Positions 1-9,661 of a stretch of 37,747 nt of DNA are shown one piece after another (within the stretch, counting starts at the first letter, position 1; the number at the start of each line of letters is the position of its first letter). The notes under the pieces were generated by a model. It had not been told where the DNA came from, did not search any database, and saw nothing but the letters and a program-made list of their open reading frames with translations. This DNA comes from a virus (Duplodnaviria; Heunggongvirae; Uroviricota; Caudoviricetes), in the IMG/VR virus record IMGVR_UViG_3300025012_000032; one strand, given 5' to 3'. Position numbers and translations under genes: made by a program.

Positions 1-1
1 T

Positions 2-127
2 ATTTATGAATTAAAAAATTATGATTGGGAAACAAATTTAGCAAACATAAGATTCCATAATACAAGTACACCAGATGGAGAAAGAGATTTATTTAAAACT
101 ATCAGTGGTAAACCTGTAATGAATTAA
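2..127 (+). CDS. 3' end of a hypothetical protein (partial)
   Basis: Open frame from the window edge: IYELKNYDWETNLANIRFHNTSTPDGERDLFKTISGKPVMN*. Confidence 0.55.
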   Translation: MYELKNYDWETNLANIRFHNTSTPDGERDLFKTISGKPVMN

Positions 128-175
128 GTAGTTAAAACTTAGCATTTATGGGAATGAAAGAAAGGACGATTAGAG

Positions 176-433
176 ATGAGTAATTTTATGACATCAGAAG
201 GTTTTATTGTAGGAATTGACTGCAAGGTAAAAGAATTATCAGAAAAAATTGAAGAAATTTTACTTATATGTGAAAAAAGATTAAAAGATTTGGGATGCAA
301 AGATAAAGAGGATTTAATTTTCCCTTCTAATATTTATTATAGAAATGATGAATTATATGCTACTTGTGATATTTGGATTAAAAAATATTGGGATGAATTA
401 AATTATATGGATGAAATTGATAATGTTAAGTAA
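176..433 (+). CDS. Hypothetical phage protein
   Basis: 85 aa ORF, AAAGGA RBS upstream. Confidence 0.7.
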   Translation: MSNFMTSEGFIVGIDCKVKELSEKIEEILLICEKRLKDLGCKDKEDLIFPSNIYYRNDELYATCDIWIKKYWDELNYMDEIDNVK

Positions 434-596
434 ATATGATTTTGAATTATTAAGTAAAAATCAACCACATAGATGTAATGATTATACTATTTATTTTAGT
501 TTGTCTCGTGGGTGGGAACTATACAATATTCTAAATGATTGTGTGATGAGAAATATTAGTTATTGTCCATTCTGTGGTGAAAAGTTGGATAAATAA
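411..596 (+). CDS. Small zinc-ribbon protein (C-terminal CPFCG); true start possibly ATG 423
   Basis: ISYCPFCGEKL C-terminus typical of phage microproteins. Confidence 0.65.
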   Translation: MKLIMLSKYDFELLSKNQPHRCNDYTIYFSLSRGWELYNILNDCVMRNISYCPFCGEKLDK

Positions 597-617
597 GACT
601 AGAAAGGATGGTCAATA

Positions 618-809
618 ATGGATAACCAAATTTACAATACTGGCGATATAGAAAGAGATATTTTTCGTATGGCAGGAAGATTAGCAGGGTCACTATATAG
701 TGTAAGATTAAAAGATGAAGCAATGGAGTTTACAAACAAAGTAATAGAACATCAAGACGATTGTAAAATGATACTTAAATTATGTATTCGAAAGGAAGAT
801 AAAACATGA
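618..809 (+). CDS. Hypothetical phage protein
   Basis: 63 aa ORF with AAAGGA RBS. Confidence 0.65.
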   Translation: MDNQIYNTGDIERDIFRMAGRLAGSLYSVRLKDEAMEFTNKVIEHQDDCKMILKLCIRKEDKT

Positions 810-1075
810 AATTAAATTTAACAATCGTAGGAAAATCAATACAAGATATTAGAAATGCTATGGAGGCATTTATGGAAGATTTTAAAGACAATAGATTAGA
901 TAGCAATTGCAATTGGCCTCTTAATGATGGAAATGAAACTAAAATTGATTATGATTTTACAGACGGAATGGATGTTTTTAATAAAAATATGGAAGGCGAA
1001 GAAAATGTTTATCCGTATCAAGGTGAACAATGGTGGGAAGAATTAAGAAAAGAAGTTATACAAGGAAGGAGTTAG
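806..1075 (+). CDS. Hypothetical phage protein
   Basis: 89 aa ORF, ATGA overlap with previous gene. Confidence 0.7.
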   Translation: MKLNLTIVGKSIQDIRNAMEAFMEDFKDNRLDSNCNWPLNDGNETKIDYDFTDGMDVFNKNMEGEENVYPYQGEQWWEELRKEVIQGRS

Positions 1076-1079
1076 AATT

Positions 1080-1406
1080 ATGTTAAAAGATACTACATTA
1101 ATGCTCAAAGTATTAATAGTCACAAGTATATTAATGTTTTTTAGCTTATTCATTGCACCACCAAAAATTATTGGAACTTTTCTATTGTTGTGGGTTGTAA
1201 ATGTGTTTTGGATTGTAAAGTTATTATTTAATTCTTCTGGATTAGGTATTGAAGATTTTGGTGATAGTATTTGTGCTAAGATTGATGAAGCAAGTGCTAA
1301 TAAGAACTATTTCATGAAAGGAGTGTATTACATTACTATTCCAATGGTGGTAATAGGGATGATCATGGTCGGATTAATAATATTAGCATTCTTTACTATT
1401 TTGTAA
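1080..1406 (+). CDS. Small membrane protein (about 3 TM)
   Basis: Three hydrophobic stretches; GGAGG RBS. Confidence 0.7.
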   Translation: MLKDTTLMLKVLIVTSILMFFSLFIAPPKIIGTFLLLWVVNVFWIVKLLFNSSGLGIEDFGDSICAKIDEASANKNYFMKGVYYITIPMVVIGMIMVGLIILAFFTIL

Positions 1407-1453
1407 TCCTTCGAATCTGTGCCTTTAATTGAAAAAGAAAGGAAGTTTTAATT

Positions 1454-1846
1454 ATGTTTTTAGGTATCTTGGCGTTTATATTTATTATGGTAATTTCAAT
1501 ACTTATTACTGGTAGTGGTTTTATTTGGGTAGATTACAGAACTCATATAAGTATGGTAAAAAGTAGCACCAAAGAATATGGTAAAACAAATTATAATATA
1601 TTCCTTCAAGAATTCAATAAATGTAAATGGGATGTTAAAAGATATAAAGGTAGTCTATTTGATAAATCTACTAATTCTGAAATACATGCTAGTATTATTC
1701 AATTTAATGGTATTGGAATGATTATGCAAAATCAGATTGAATATTTAAAAATGAGATTCCATTTATATCAATATCTTAAAGAAATTAATAAAGAGGAAGA
1801 AATAAGAGTCAAACATATTTGGAAAGAGGAAGTTAATAAATCTTAG
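1454..1846 (+). CDS. Hypothetical protein with N-terminal TM helix
   Basis: Hydrophobic N-terminus; AAAGGA RBS. Confidence 0.7.
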   Translation: MFLGILAFIFIMVISILITGSGFIWVDYRTHISMVKSSTKEYGKTNYNIFLQEFNKCKWDVKRYKGSLFDKSTNSEIHASIIQFNGIGMIMQNQIEYLKMRFHLYQYLKEINKEEEIRVKHIWKEEVNKS

Positions 1847-1860
1847 GAGGAAATAACTAA

Positions 1861-2049
1861 ATGAAAATAACTACAACTTTAGAAGTATCAAAACAAGAAA
1901 AAGATTTAATACAATCTGCCCTAACTGTATACGTCAATCATCTTACCAAAACACTCTCAGAAAGCACAGAATGCACTTCTAAGACGTTTATCACCACAAC
2001 CCTAACAAATACAAATCGTCTATTATCAGAGATGGAATTAAGTTTATAA
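1861..2049 (+). CDS. Hypothetical protein, paralog 1 of a tandem duplicate
   Basis: MKITTTLEVSKQEK...TTLTNTNRLLSEMELSL; highly similar to 2250..2438. Confidence 0.75.
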   Translation: MKITTTLEVSKQEKDLIQSALTVYVNHLTKTLSESTECTSKTFITTTLTNTNRLLSEMELSL

Positions 2050-2062
2050 AGGAGCAAAGTAA

Positions 2063-2221
2063 ATGACCGAAACAGAATTATTAATCCAAGAAACTATCAT
2101 CTATCTGCTTGAAATTAAAAAAGATTATGCAAAAAGTGTTTCAATGGATGACATTGGTAAATTAAGGGCTTTAACCAATGCGGTAGAATTATTACATCAA
2201 TATTTAGGACTAATCAATTAA
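2063..2221 (+). CDS. Hypothetical 52-aa protein (not in ORF track)
   Basis: AAAGGAG RBS; MTETELLIQETIIYLLEIKKDYAK...QYLGLIN*. Confidence 0.6.
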   Translation: MTETELLIQETIIYLLEIKKDYAKSVSMDDIGKLRALTNAVELLHQYLGLIN

Positions 2222-2249
2222 TTAAATAAAGAAAGTAGGAGTTAAGCAA

Positions 2250-2438
2250 ATGAAAATCACTCAGACATTAGAAGTATCAAAGCAAGAGAAAAACATCATC
2301 TATAATGCATTAGAATCCTATATTGAACATCTAACTAAAATACTATCAGACAGTCCAGAAGGTGGTTGTAAGACGTTAATTAACACTACCCTAACAAACA
2401 CCAATCGTCTATTATCTGAGATGGAATTAAGCATGTAA
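2250..2438 (+). CDS. Hypothetical protein, paralog 2 of a tandem duplicate
   Basis: MKITQTLEVSKQEK...TTLTNTNRLLSEMELSM. Confidence 0.75.
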   Translation: MKITQTLEVSKQEKNIIYNALESYIEHLTKILSDSPEGGCKTLINTTLTNTNRLLSEMELSM

Positions 2439-2461
2439 TAAGTAGAAAGAAGGAATTATAA

Positions 2462-2671
2462 ATGATTGAAGAATATAGTCTTAGTGGCATATGTTTTATG
2501 GCAGATCAATTAATTACTCTTAAAGATGCTTTAAAGCAAAATGAAAATCTATACTATTTTGATATATTGGATTTGAATACGTTGGGATACGTAAAAAGAT
2601 ATGATATTATAAGAGAAGATGAGTTTATTCCAATGACATTTAGAGGAAAATATTTGAAAGAGGTTGATTAA
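2462..2671 (+). CDS. Hypothetical phage protein
   Basis: 69 aa ORF with RBS. Confidence 0.6.
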   Translation: MIEEYSLSGICFMADQLITLKDALKQNENLYYFDILDLNTLGYVKRYDIIREDEFIPMTFRGKYLKEVD

Positions 2672-2878
2672 ATGCAGGATGATGCTAATCCAAAATGTAA
2701 AATATGTCATGGAGAAGGTCAAATTTATAAATATTTTGCTAACCATAAATATAAATTTGTTTTGTTTGAATGGTTATACTGTAATCAATGTTTTCCTGAA
2801 AGTCGTGGGCATTGGCCTATAAGTGATAATGTAATAGAGATAGATGGAAATGAGTTTGACAGACTTCAAAAAGAATAA
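2672..2878 (+). CDS. Small Cys-rich zinc-finger protein
   Basis: CKICHGEG...CNQC. Confidence 0.65.
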   Translation: MQDDANPKCKICHGEGQIYKYFANHKYKFVLFEWLYCNQCFPESRGHWPISDNVIEIDGNEFDRLQKE

Positions 2879-2944
2879 GGATATTCTGATGATACAGGAA
2901 GCTCACTAGGTTAAGTTTAATTTTTAAAGGAAAGGAGAACAATA

Positions 2945-3109
2945 ATGTTTTGGAACAATAAAACCAATAAAGATGAATATATCTTAGAACTTCAAAATGC
3001 ATTAAGACAAAGTGTAGATAATTCTTTCAGAATTTTAAGAAATGAATCAATAAGAAATTTTGATGAGTTTATATCTTATGTAGAACATTTGTTAGACAGA
3101 AAGATTTAA
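2945..3109 (+). CDS. Hypothetical 54-aa protein (not in ORF track)
   Basis: AAAGGAG RBS; MFWNNKTNKDEYILELQNAL...LDRKI*. Confidence 0.55.
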   Translation: MFWNNKTNKDEYILELQNALRQSVDNSFRILRNESIRNFDEFISYVEHLLDRKI

Positions 3110-3149
3110 AATTCGACATTTAACGGATAAAAAGGAGGAAATAATTAAT

Positions 3150-3329
3150 ATGTATTGTTTAATTTGCGAACCATTGGTGAAATTGATTAAAACAGATTTT
3201 ACGGAAAAATATAATGAAAAAGATGATTTATATACACGAGAATATTATTGCCCTAATTGTAATACCTTGCATGAATGTATATCTCAATCTGGTGACATGG
3301 TTCAAGAAAATTTAAATATAATAGAATAA
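3150..3329 (+). CDS. Small zinc-ribbon protein (not in ORF track)
   Basis: AAGGAGG RBS; MYCLIC...YYCPNCNTLHEC. Confidence 0.65.
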   Translation: MYCLICEPLVKLIKTDFTEKYNEKDDLYTREYYCPNCNTLHECISQSGDMVQENLNIIE

Positions 3330-3391
3330 TCCTAGAAAATCTTTATTTGAATTGACGGAAAATAAAATAATAAATTAAAGGAGAAAAGATT

Positions 3392-3934
3392 ATGAACAAA
3401 AATGGTTTAAATTTCATTAGTTTCAGGTCAGAATTAATAGAATTGTTGAATAAATATAAGTATGAACTTTCTGGAACAGGTTTTGATGATGGATCTATGA
3501 GAGTAGAAGATGTAATAGGTAAAAAAGTTTATCTATTAAGAGATTCCTATTCACATTATGAAGCATTAGATGATGATTGGAATACTCTACCTACTGATTA
3601 CATTGTAAATATGTTTCAAGAAGAGCATATGATTCCATTTCATAATGGTAAAATTGGAGTTTTTACAAATAATCGAGATAAAGCATTTACATTTTTTAAA
3701 GATTTATATAATCAAAACAAAGAAAATATTGAGAGATTTAGACAAAGTAGAGATCAAATAGATTTGTTACTTAAGGATAAAACTTATTACACTTGGATTA
3801 AACCAATTGATTCGTCCAGAGGCCATAAATGTTACAAAGCATTTATAGATAAAAATATAACATTAAATGAATTGAATTATGTTATTGTCCCAATATGTGC
3901 GTATTGTACGAGGGAAAATATTACAATTATTTAA
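3392..3934 (+). CDS. Hypothetical phage protein
   Basis: 180 aa ORF with AAGGAG RBS; no family recognised. Confidence 0.75.
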   Translation: MNKNGLNFISFRSELIELLNKYKYELSGTGFDDGSMRVEDVIGKKVYLLRDSYSHYEALDDDWNTLPTDYIVNMFQEEHMIPFHNGKIGVFTNNRDKAFTFFKDLYNQNKENIERFRQSRDQIDLLLKDKTYYTWIKPIDSSRGHKCYKAFIDKNITLNELNYVIVPICAYCTRENITII

Positions 3935-3970
3935 GATAAGTTTGTCAGTTTAATTGGTTGTTGATATATT

Positions 3971-4031
<61 letters not shown>

Positions 4032-4058
4032 TAGTAGTGAGAGGAGGTGAGAAAATAA

Positions 4059-4238
4059 ATGAAATATATTAAATCTTGCCCATTTTGTGGAGGCATAGGA
4101 GAATTTCAAGATGAAGGCGAATGGGGTTCTATGTGGGTGGAATGTAAATCATGTGAAGCACAGGGGTCATGGGTAGACAAACATAATGGTAAAACTGAAG
4201 ATGATGCTATTGATTTGTGGAATAATAGAGTTAAATAG
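4059..4238 (+). CDS. Lar-family restriction alleviation protein (59 aa, not in ORF track)
   Basis: MKYIKSCPFCGG...VECKSCEAQG...EDDAIDLWNNRVK: CPFCG, CxxC and AIxxWNxR pattern; GAGGAGG RBS. Confidence 0.8.
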   Translation: MKYIKSCPFCGGIGEFQDEGEWGSMWVECKSCEAQGSWVDKHNGKTEDDAIDLWNNRVK

Positions 4239-4262
4239 AATTGGGAGGACGAGTGATTTAAT

Positions 4263-4448
4263 ATGGATAAATATATAGCCATATGTGATACAGGGAGTGC
4301 TTTGCAACGCTGTATAAAACTAAAAGCAAATAATGTAGATGAAGCGAAAAGTAAATTTTGTAATTATCTTGAAACAAAAGGAGTGACGAATATACAAGAC
4401 AAGAAATTATATTTTATACCATTGGCATATGTAAAAACATTAGATTAA
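4263..4448 (+). CDS. Hypothetical phage protein
   Basis: 61 aa ORF with GGAGG RBS. Confidence 0.6.
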   Translation: MDKYIAICDTGSALQRCIKLKANNVDEAKSKFCNYLETKGVTNIQDKKLYFIPLAYVKTLD

Positions 4449-4463
4449 AGGAGTCTAGACAAT

Positions 4464-4685
4464 ATGACAGCAACAAAAATGAAACCATATTGGATTACAT
4501 CTCCATGTACAGAATTTTATGAATGTGATCAAGATGACTTATCAACATTAAATTACATAGAGTACGATGAGGAATCTAGATTGAAAGAATTAGATTCACT
4601 TATATTGAATTGGCCTGAGAGAAATTTAATGCCATTGAGTAAACATAAAATGAGGATTATTAAGGGACTTGGAAGAAAGAAATAA
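4464..4685 (+). CDS. Hypothetical phage protein
   Basis: 73 aa ORF with AAAGGAG RBS. Confidence 0.6.
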   Translation: MTATKMKPYWITSPCTEFYECDQDDLSTLNYIEYDEESRLKELDSLILNWPERNLMPLSKHKMRIIKGLGRKK

Positions 4686-4767
4686 TATACATAATTAAGG
4701 TTGATTTGAGGTATATATGAGAGGATGTGGTGATATACATGATTGTAAAATATTTTTTTATTTATTA

Positions 4768-4797
4768 TTTGACTTGAGTTGTCAAAAGTAGTATACT
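4768..4797 (+). promoter_or_regulatory. Sigma-A promoter TTGACT-N17-TATACT with overlapping palindrome TTTGAC-N7-GTCAAA (candidate operator)
   Basis: -35 at 4769-4774, -10 at 4792-4797; inverted repeat 4768-4773/4781-4786. Confidence 0.7.
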
Positions 4798-4830
4798 TAT
4801 TAAGTAGGGTTATTTAGAGATAGAAAGGAA

Positions 4831-5034
4831 GTGAAAAATAATATGAAATTAGATTATGAACTAACTGATAGGCAATATTATTCAATTCTAAGGAAAATAA
4901 AAAATATTAAACTGAAAGAAATATCTGAAGTATTGGGGTGTACATTTGCGTTGATATCTTTATGGGAAACTGGCAAAGGGAACATGAATGAAGATTTTGT
5001 AAAAGTGTATAAGGAAATAATTGACAACAAGTAA
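4831..5034 (+). CDS. XRE/Cro-family helix-turn-helix regulator
   Basis: LRKIKNIKLKEISEVLGCTFALISLWETGK pattern. Confidence 0.85.
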   Translation: MKNNMKLDYELTDRQYYSILRKIKNIKLKEISEVLGCTFALISLWETGKGNMNEDFVKVYKEIIDNK

Positions 5035-5097
5035 ATTGGCATAACTACAATTACATAAATTAGTAGAGTAAAATAAAAATAAATAAAATAATAAAGG

Positions 5098-6060
5098 ATG
5101 GTAATGTATAATATGAGTAACGAATTAATGATTTTCGAAGGTCAAGAGATTGAGATTTTAACCAAGGAAGATGTAAATTTTGAGTTTAAGGGTACTGCAT
5201 TGTTTAATGGAAATCAGATTTCTAAGATGCTTGGATATTCAGAAAAGAGTAAGCCGATAACTAAACATGTAAGGGACAATCAAAAATATCTAGTCAAAAG
5301 TTCAGATGTGCTTGATCGGCACTTCCGAAAATTAAATAATGCAGGAGAAACATTTATAACTGAGCATGGAGTTATGAAATTGACAATTAACAGTGATATG
5401 GATGATGCTAATGCGTTTGAAGATATTGTATGGGACATCGTAACTCAAATTCAGCAAACAGGTAAATTCGATGCAACAGAGAACAATATCATGTTAATAG
5501 AAGATGAAACAGAAAGGAATATGACTCTCACAGTACATAATTTTAAACAGGCATTAATGATTAATCCAAATGATATGATTGCACAATTTGCTTATAATTC
5601 AAAAGTAACAGCCTTAGATTCATATAAACAATCAATGCAATTAAAATTAGTAGAAGGGAAAATAGAGGAATTATCCAATACAATAAATACTGTTCAAAAG
5701 GATAATGAATTAATCAAGGGGCAACAAATGTTTATATGTGACCGAACCAGCTTCTCACAGAAAATGACGCTACTCTCGAACAAATATTTTGGTAGAAACA
5801 TGTCAAAAGCGTATAATGCATTGTTTGGTAAAATGAAATTGCTAGGAAGTTTTGATGTTTATGCCAGAAGGAAGAATGAATGGGATAAGATTAATATTAA
5901 TAGAATTGAGCAAGGTAAAGATATTTATAAAGAAAGTACATTGAAAGGAAAAGTAAATTATTTGGATATTATTGATAAAAATGAGAAGTGGGGACTTTGC
6001 TCTGAGGCATATAAAGTAATTGAAACAGAGATGTATAATGGTGCTTTACATATGGCTTAA
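5098..6060 (+). CDS. BRO-N domain protein (phage antirepressor-like)
   Basis: FEGQEIEI...FNGNQISKMLGYS...FITEHGVMKLTINS...FEDIVWDIVTQIQQTG matches the BRO-N pattern. Confidence 0.8.
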   Translation: MVMYNMSNELMIFEGQEIEILTKEDVNFEFKGTALFNGNQISKMLGYSEKSKPITKHVRDNQKYLVKSSDVLDRHFRKLNNAGETFITEHGVMKLTINSDMDDANAFEDIVWDIVTQIQQTGKFDATENNIMLIEDETERNMTLTVHNFKQALMINPNDMIAQFAYNSKVTALDSYKQSMQLKLVEGKIEELSNTINTVQKDNELIKGQQMFICDRTSFSQKMTLLSNKYFGRNMSKAYNALFGKMKLLGSFDVYARRKNEWDKININRIEQGKDIYKESTLKGKVNYLDIIDKNEKWGLCSEAYKVIETEMYNGALHMA

Positions 6061-6100
6061 GGTTTAGTTATGATTAGGATATTGGATTTATAAAATAATT

Positions 6101-6145
6101 TATTTGTATTTATTTGTATTTATTTGTATTTATTTGTATTTATTT
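6101..6145. repeat. Tandem 10-bp repeat (TATTTGTATT)x4 plus partial copy
   Basis: Four perfect copies at 6101-6140. Confidence 0.9.
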
Positions 6146-6162
6146 AGTATGTGTGGTATACT
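6134..6162 (+). promoter_or_regulatory. Sigma-A-like promoter TTGTAT-N17-TATACT; the -35 lies in the last tandem repeat unit
   Basis: Hexamer spacing read directly from sequence. Confidence 0.55.
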
Positions 6163-6201
6163 TAGGTGTAAGATATTTATAGGTGAAGGGAGTTAAAAAA
6201 T

Positions 6202-6603
6202 ATGAATGAACTAAGAGGAATATTAATTACATACAAAAATGAAATAGCAAAAATAAAGTTTGACCGTGATCATAAAGATTTCTTTCAACATATTAAAAAT
6301 CACACAGGTGGAACTATGTTTGATATTGGTGATGTTGCTCCTGAGTTAAATAAAGCATATGGAAGATTGTGTTTTGCTGTAGATGATAATGGTATGAGGA
6401 ATCTAGGACTCAGTGCAAGGAATAATGTAGGGAGTTATATTTATGCTCATAAAGGACATATAGTAGGTAACATTATAGTATTCAGAGAAGATTTTTCTAA
6501 AGAAGGGGACTTGGATTTTGTTGATATGTCAGAGGATGAGCAAGACAGATTATATCATGATTTTAGAACTGCATTTAAAATGAAGGAGATAAAGGCAAAA
6601 TAA
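6202..6603 (+). CDS. DUF3846-like protein
   Basis: IKNHTGG..FDI...FAVDDNG.....IVGNIIVFR resembles DUF3846. Confidence 0.55.
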   Translation: MNELRGILITYKNEIAKIKFDRDHKDFFQHIKNHTGGTMFDIGDVAPELNKAYGRLCFAVDDNGMRNLGLSARNNVGSYIYAHKGHIVGNIIVFREDFSKEGDLDFVDMSEDEQDRLYHDFRTAFKMKEIKAK

Positions 6604-6693
6604 TTAATATAATATTGTTTTTGAGTGGATTTACATAGGCAAAAATAATTAATTTAACCTTAAACAAATAAACAAACAAAGGAGCTTTCAACA

Positions 6694-6897
6694 ATGTCAA
6701 CAGTTAATTATGATACCAACAAACCATACATATTTCTATATAATCTAACCCAAGCAGAATTCTATTTTAGCAAAGGCATAACGCCACTAAAGGTAGGTAA
6801 GGGAACTAAGGGTGATACTTTTGTACAATTCCTTAATTCAAATGCAGTACAGGACGCTTTTGATGAATGGTGCAATCGTTGGAGACCTATGGTTTAA
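6694..6897 (+). CDS. Small conserved phage protein preceding the replication gene (DUF5659-like, tentative)
   Basis: IFLYNLTQAEFYFSKG...FVQF...AFDEW; AAAGGAG RBS. Confidence 0.5.
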   Translation: MSTVNYDTNKPYIFLYNLTQAEFYFSKGITPLKVGKGTKGDTFVQFLNSNAVQDAFDEWCNRWRPMV

Positions 6898-6972
6898 CAA
6901 TTAAGATTTTTGCAATTACGATCTGAATTTCTACCTGATGTGATAAAAGAGAGGAATAGTGACCAATAATAA

Positions 6973-8496
6973 ATGATAATAAATCCAGAGAAAGAAGCAA
7001 TTGTTAAGGCAATTAATGATTTGTATATATTAAACAGATGGCAATATCTTATATTAAATAATGAGGGTAAGTATAGTACAAAGATACATTATAAATATCC
7101 AATTGAAGGAGTGAAGAATAGTAAAGTTTTATCAGATTGGATGGTTTATCATCATATCAATGGCAAACATACTTTAGGTGTCTTTTCTGGAAAACCAAAT
7201 GGCGTAGAGTCAACTAAATTTATAACTTTTGATGTAGATATAAGAGATAAACAATTAGCAGAACATACAGTATATAAAATAGTTCATATCCTTCAAGATA
7301 TCGGTATTGAGGATGATTATTATCATATTAGTTTATCGGGCAACAAGGGATATCATATTGATATGTTCTTTGATGCCCCAATAGAAAATAGTTTGCTCAA
7401 ACAATTTTATCAATACGTTTTGGCAGAATCAGACTTATTAGAGATTGATTACGGAGAAGTTGAATTTAGACCTACACTAACGCAAGGAGTTAAAATACCT
7501 TTAGGTTTAAATTTTAAAAATTCAAATACATTAACTAATCAGTGTTTCTTTTGTGAATATGGAAAAAGTCTGAAACCAATTATAGATCCTCTATACATAA
7601 CTAAAATAAAAAAGATGGATAATATTTTATTCAGGCTCATACTAGATAAAATATTAGACATTGAAGAGGAAGACATTGGAAACAAAAACATATCCAATTA
7701 CACAGAGACTAAAAAGTCTCACAAATCTTTGCCAATCTATAAACAAAATGTTGATAAAGATATTACTATTGAAGCAATTGAAGACCTAATAGGAAAAGGG
7801 TTAACTAGAACTGGTATGAGATGGAATTCCCTCAAAAAGATAGCTAAATACTATAAGTACCTCGAAGCCTCAAATGATAATTGTAAAGAGTGGATTACCG
7901 AATGGATGAAACAACAGGATAAAAAATTCTATACAACAAAATGGGAACAAGTTATAAAAGATATAAATAGTATTGTGGATTATACATATAGTCATAATTG
8001 TTCTTTGGTTGTTGAAAATAAAAATGTACAAATTACATATTCTGAAGTTAAAGAAGTTTTAAAAGCAAAGAGTAAAAATGAGAAATTGGTTCTGTATTCA
8101 ATGCTCATACATAGTAAGAGATATGCTAAAAAGTCGGGTGTGTTTTATTTTCCTTTTAGTTTAATGGAACAAGCCACAAATTTAACCAGTAAAACAATTA
8201 GGAAAATAATTAATTGGTTAGAAGAGAATAAGTTTATTGAGGTGGTTTCTAGGAATACAAAAATAGAACACAAATTCATGAAAGAGTCTAATAAATATAA
8301 GATTACTCTAAATGTAGTAGATGATATAAATAATATAAGTGATAAGGTATTTGATTATAATGAAGGAGATAATTATATAGAATCATTTAATAATTGTATT
8401 ATAAATATATTAGAATATGATAAAGAAACAAAACAATTATTAAGTAAAAGACATTACTATGAATTAATGGATTATAAGAGTAGTATTAAAACTTAA
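6973..8496 (+). CDS. Archaeo-eukaryotic primase (AEP/TOTE-like) domain replication protein with C-terminal winged-helix region
   Basis: ITFDVD (motif I), SLSGNKGYHIDMFF (motif II), VKIPLG; C-terminal LTSKTIRKIINWLEENKFIEV wHTH-like. Confidence 0.75.
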   Translation: MIINPEKEAIVKAINDLYILNRWQYLILNNEGKYSTKIHYKYPIEGVKNSKVLSDWMVYHHINGKHTLGVFSGKPNGVESTKFITFDVDIRDKQLAEHTVYKIVHILQDIGIEDDYYHISLSGNKGYHIDMFFDAPIENSLLKQFYQYVLAESDLLEIDYGEVEFRPTLTQGVKIPLGLNFKNSNTLTNQCFFCEYGKSLKPIIDPLYITKIKKMDNILFRLILDKILDIEEEDIGNKNISNYTETKKSHKSLPIYKQNVDKDITIEAIEDLIGKGLTRTGMRWNSLKKIAKYYKYLEASNDNCKEWITEWMKQQDKKFYTTKWEQVIKDINSIVDYTYSHNCSLVVENKNVQITYSEVKEVLKAKSKNEKLVLYSMLIHSKRYAKKSGVFYFPFSLMEQATNLTSKTIRKIINWLEENKFIEVVSRNTKIEHKFMKESNKYKITLNVVDDINNISDKVFDYNEGDNYIESFNNCIINILEYDKETKQLLSKRHYYELMDYKSSIKT

Positions 8497-8595
8497 CTCT
8501 AATCACTATACTAACACTTATAATGGTAATGGATTAAGGGACACCTTCGGGGTTACGAAGAGAACGAGGAACCCAACGAGAGTATATAAATAATA

Positions 8596-8644
8596 TATTA
8601 TAGGGAGTTTCGGGAAAACCAAAATTTGGGAATTCCCTATAATA
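8596..8644. other. Inverted repeat/hairpin downstream of the primase gene
   Basis: TATTATAGGGA (8596-8606) pairs with TCCCTATAATA (8634-8644); stem extendable with G-T pairs. Confidence 0.65.
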
Positions 8645-8949
8645 AGGAGATGATAAATAAAATGACTAATCCAGAAACAAAAGAATACAATAAATTATCT
8701 ATCACTCAAAAAGAAGAATTACAATCATGGATCAAAGGAAGATTCACACATCGCAAAACTATAAACACCAATCATACATCATATGGGTATAAACACGTTT
8801 TTGAAAATGATCGGCATGGATTTTATATTTCCAATGAACAATTCAAAGGTGCTATGTTAGAGGCAGGATATTATCCAAGAGATAAATCATCTAAAAATTG
8901 GAGTTTTTATGTTAAGTTTTTCGCCTTAGCAAATGATGATTATTGTTAA
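8626..8949 (+). CDS. YozE SAM-like domain protein; true start probably a downstream ATG after the AAGGAG at 8644
   Basis: TSYGYKHVFE...YISNEQFKGAMLEAGY motif. Confidence 0.6.
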   Translation: MGIPYNKEMINKMTNPETKEYNKLSITQKEELQSWIKGRFTHRKTINTNHTSYGYKHVFENDRHGFYISNEQFKGAMLEAGYYPRDKSSKNWSFYVKFFALANDDYC

Positions 8950-8993
8950 TACTGAGGAGCAATTAGAAGCATTAAAAAAGGAGGAAATATTAA

Positions 8994-9182
8994 ATGACAG
9001 ACATAAACAAAATCTATCAATCTAAAGGATATAAAAATCGTAAAGAATTTATTGAAAGTTTAGTTGAAGATGTTGATGTTCCTTTGAAAAATGCATTGGA
9101 TATATTAGATAATAAATATTTTGATAAATTGGTTTGGTTATTGAGCCATGAGATTGATGAGAAAGTAGGGGATGATAAATAA
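8994..9182 (+). CDS. Hypothetical phage protein
   Basis: 62 aa; AGGAGG RBS. Confidence 0.65.
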   Translation: MTDINKIYQSKGYKNRKEFIESLVEDVDVPLKNALDILDNKYFDKLVWLLSHEIDEKVGDDK

Positions 9183-9661
9183 TGAGTAAAAATATATCAG
9201 CATTTACAAGAAAACAAAATATTAAAAATGCAATTGATAAAATAATTACTAAAACATTTGGTGTAATATTGTATCCATTAAGATTTGTTTATAAGAAATA
9301 TGATGGATCTGATTTGCAATCTAGGCGAAATGTTAAGAAAGCATATAAAAAATTAAAGAATAATATTTATAGTTCATTACTATATGATGAACACATTTAT
9401 ATAACTGATTTCTTCGTAGGTCAAGAAGATGGTGGTTCAAATATAATCTCAATAAATGAAGAAGCTCATATTATACATTATTACACAAAAAAATCTTATA
9501 AAGTTATTTTTGATGAAATAGAAGATATTTTAAGGGCAGATGAGAGTCTAATAGTTGAGAGTGTTTTAATTAAAGATGTGTTTAAGTATGGTTATTTTAA
9601 GGAAGATGGTAGAGTTATTAAGGTTATGATTGTTGATAAGGAGGAGATAAACAATGATTAA
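9182..9661 (+). CDS. Hypothetical phage protein
   Basis: 159 aa, coupled to neighbouring genes. Confidence 0.7.
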   Translation: MSKNISAFTRKQNIKNAIDKIITKTFGVILYPLRFVYKKYDGSDLQSRRNVKKAYKKLKNNIYSSLLYDEHIYITDFFVGQEDGGSNIISINEEAHIIHYYTKKSYKVIFDEIEDILRADESLIVESVLIKDVFKYGYFKEDGRVIKVMIVDKEEINND

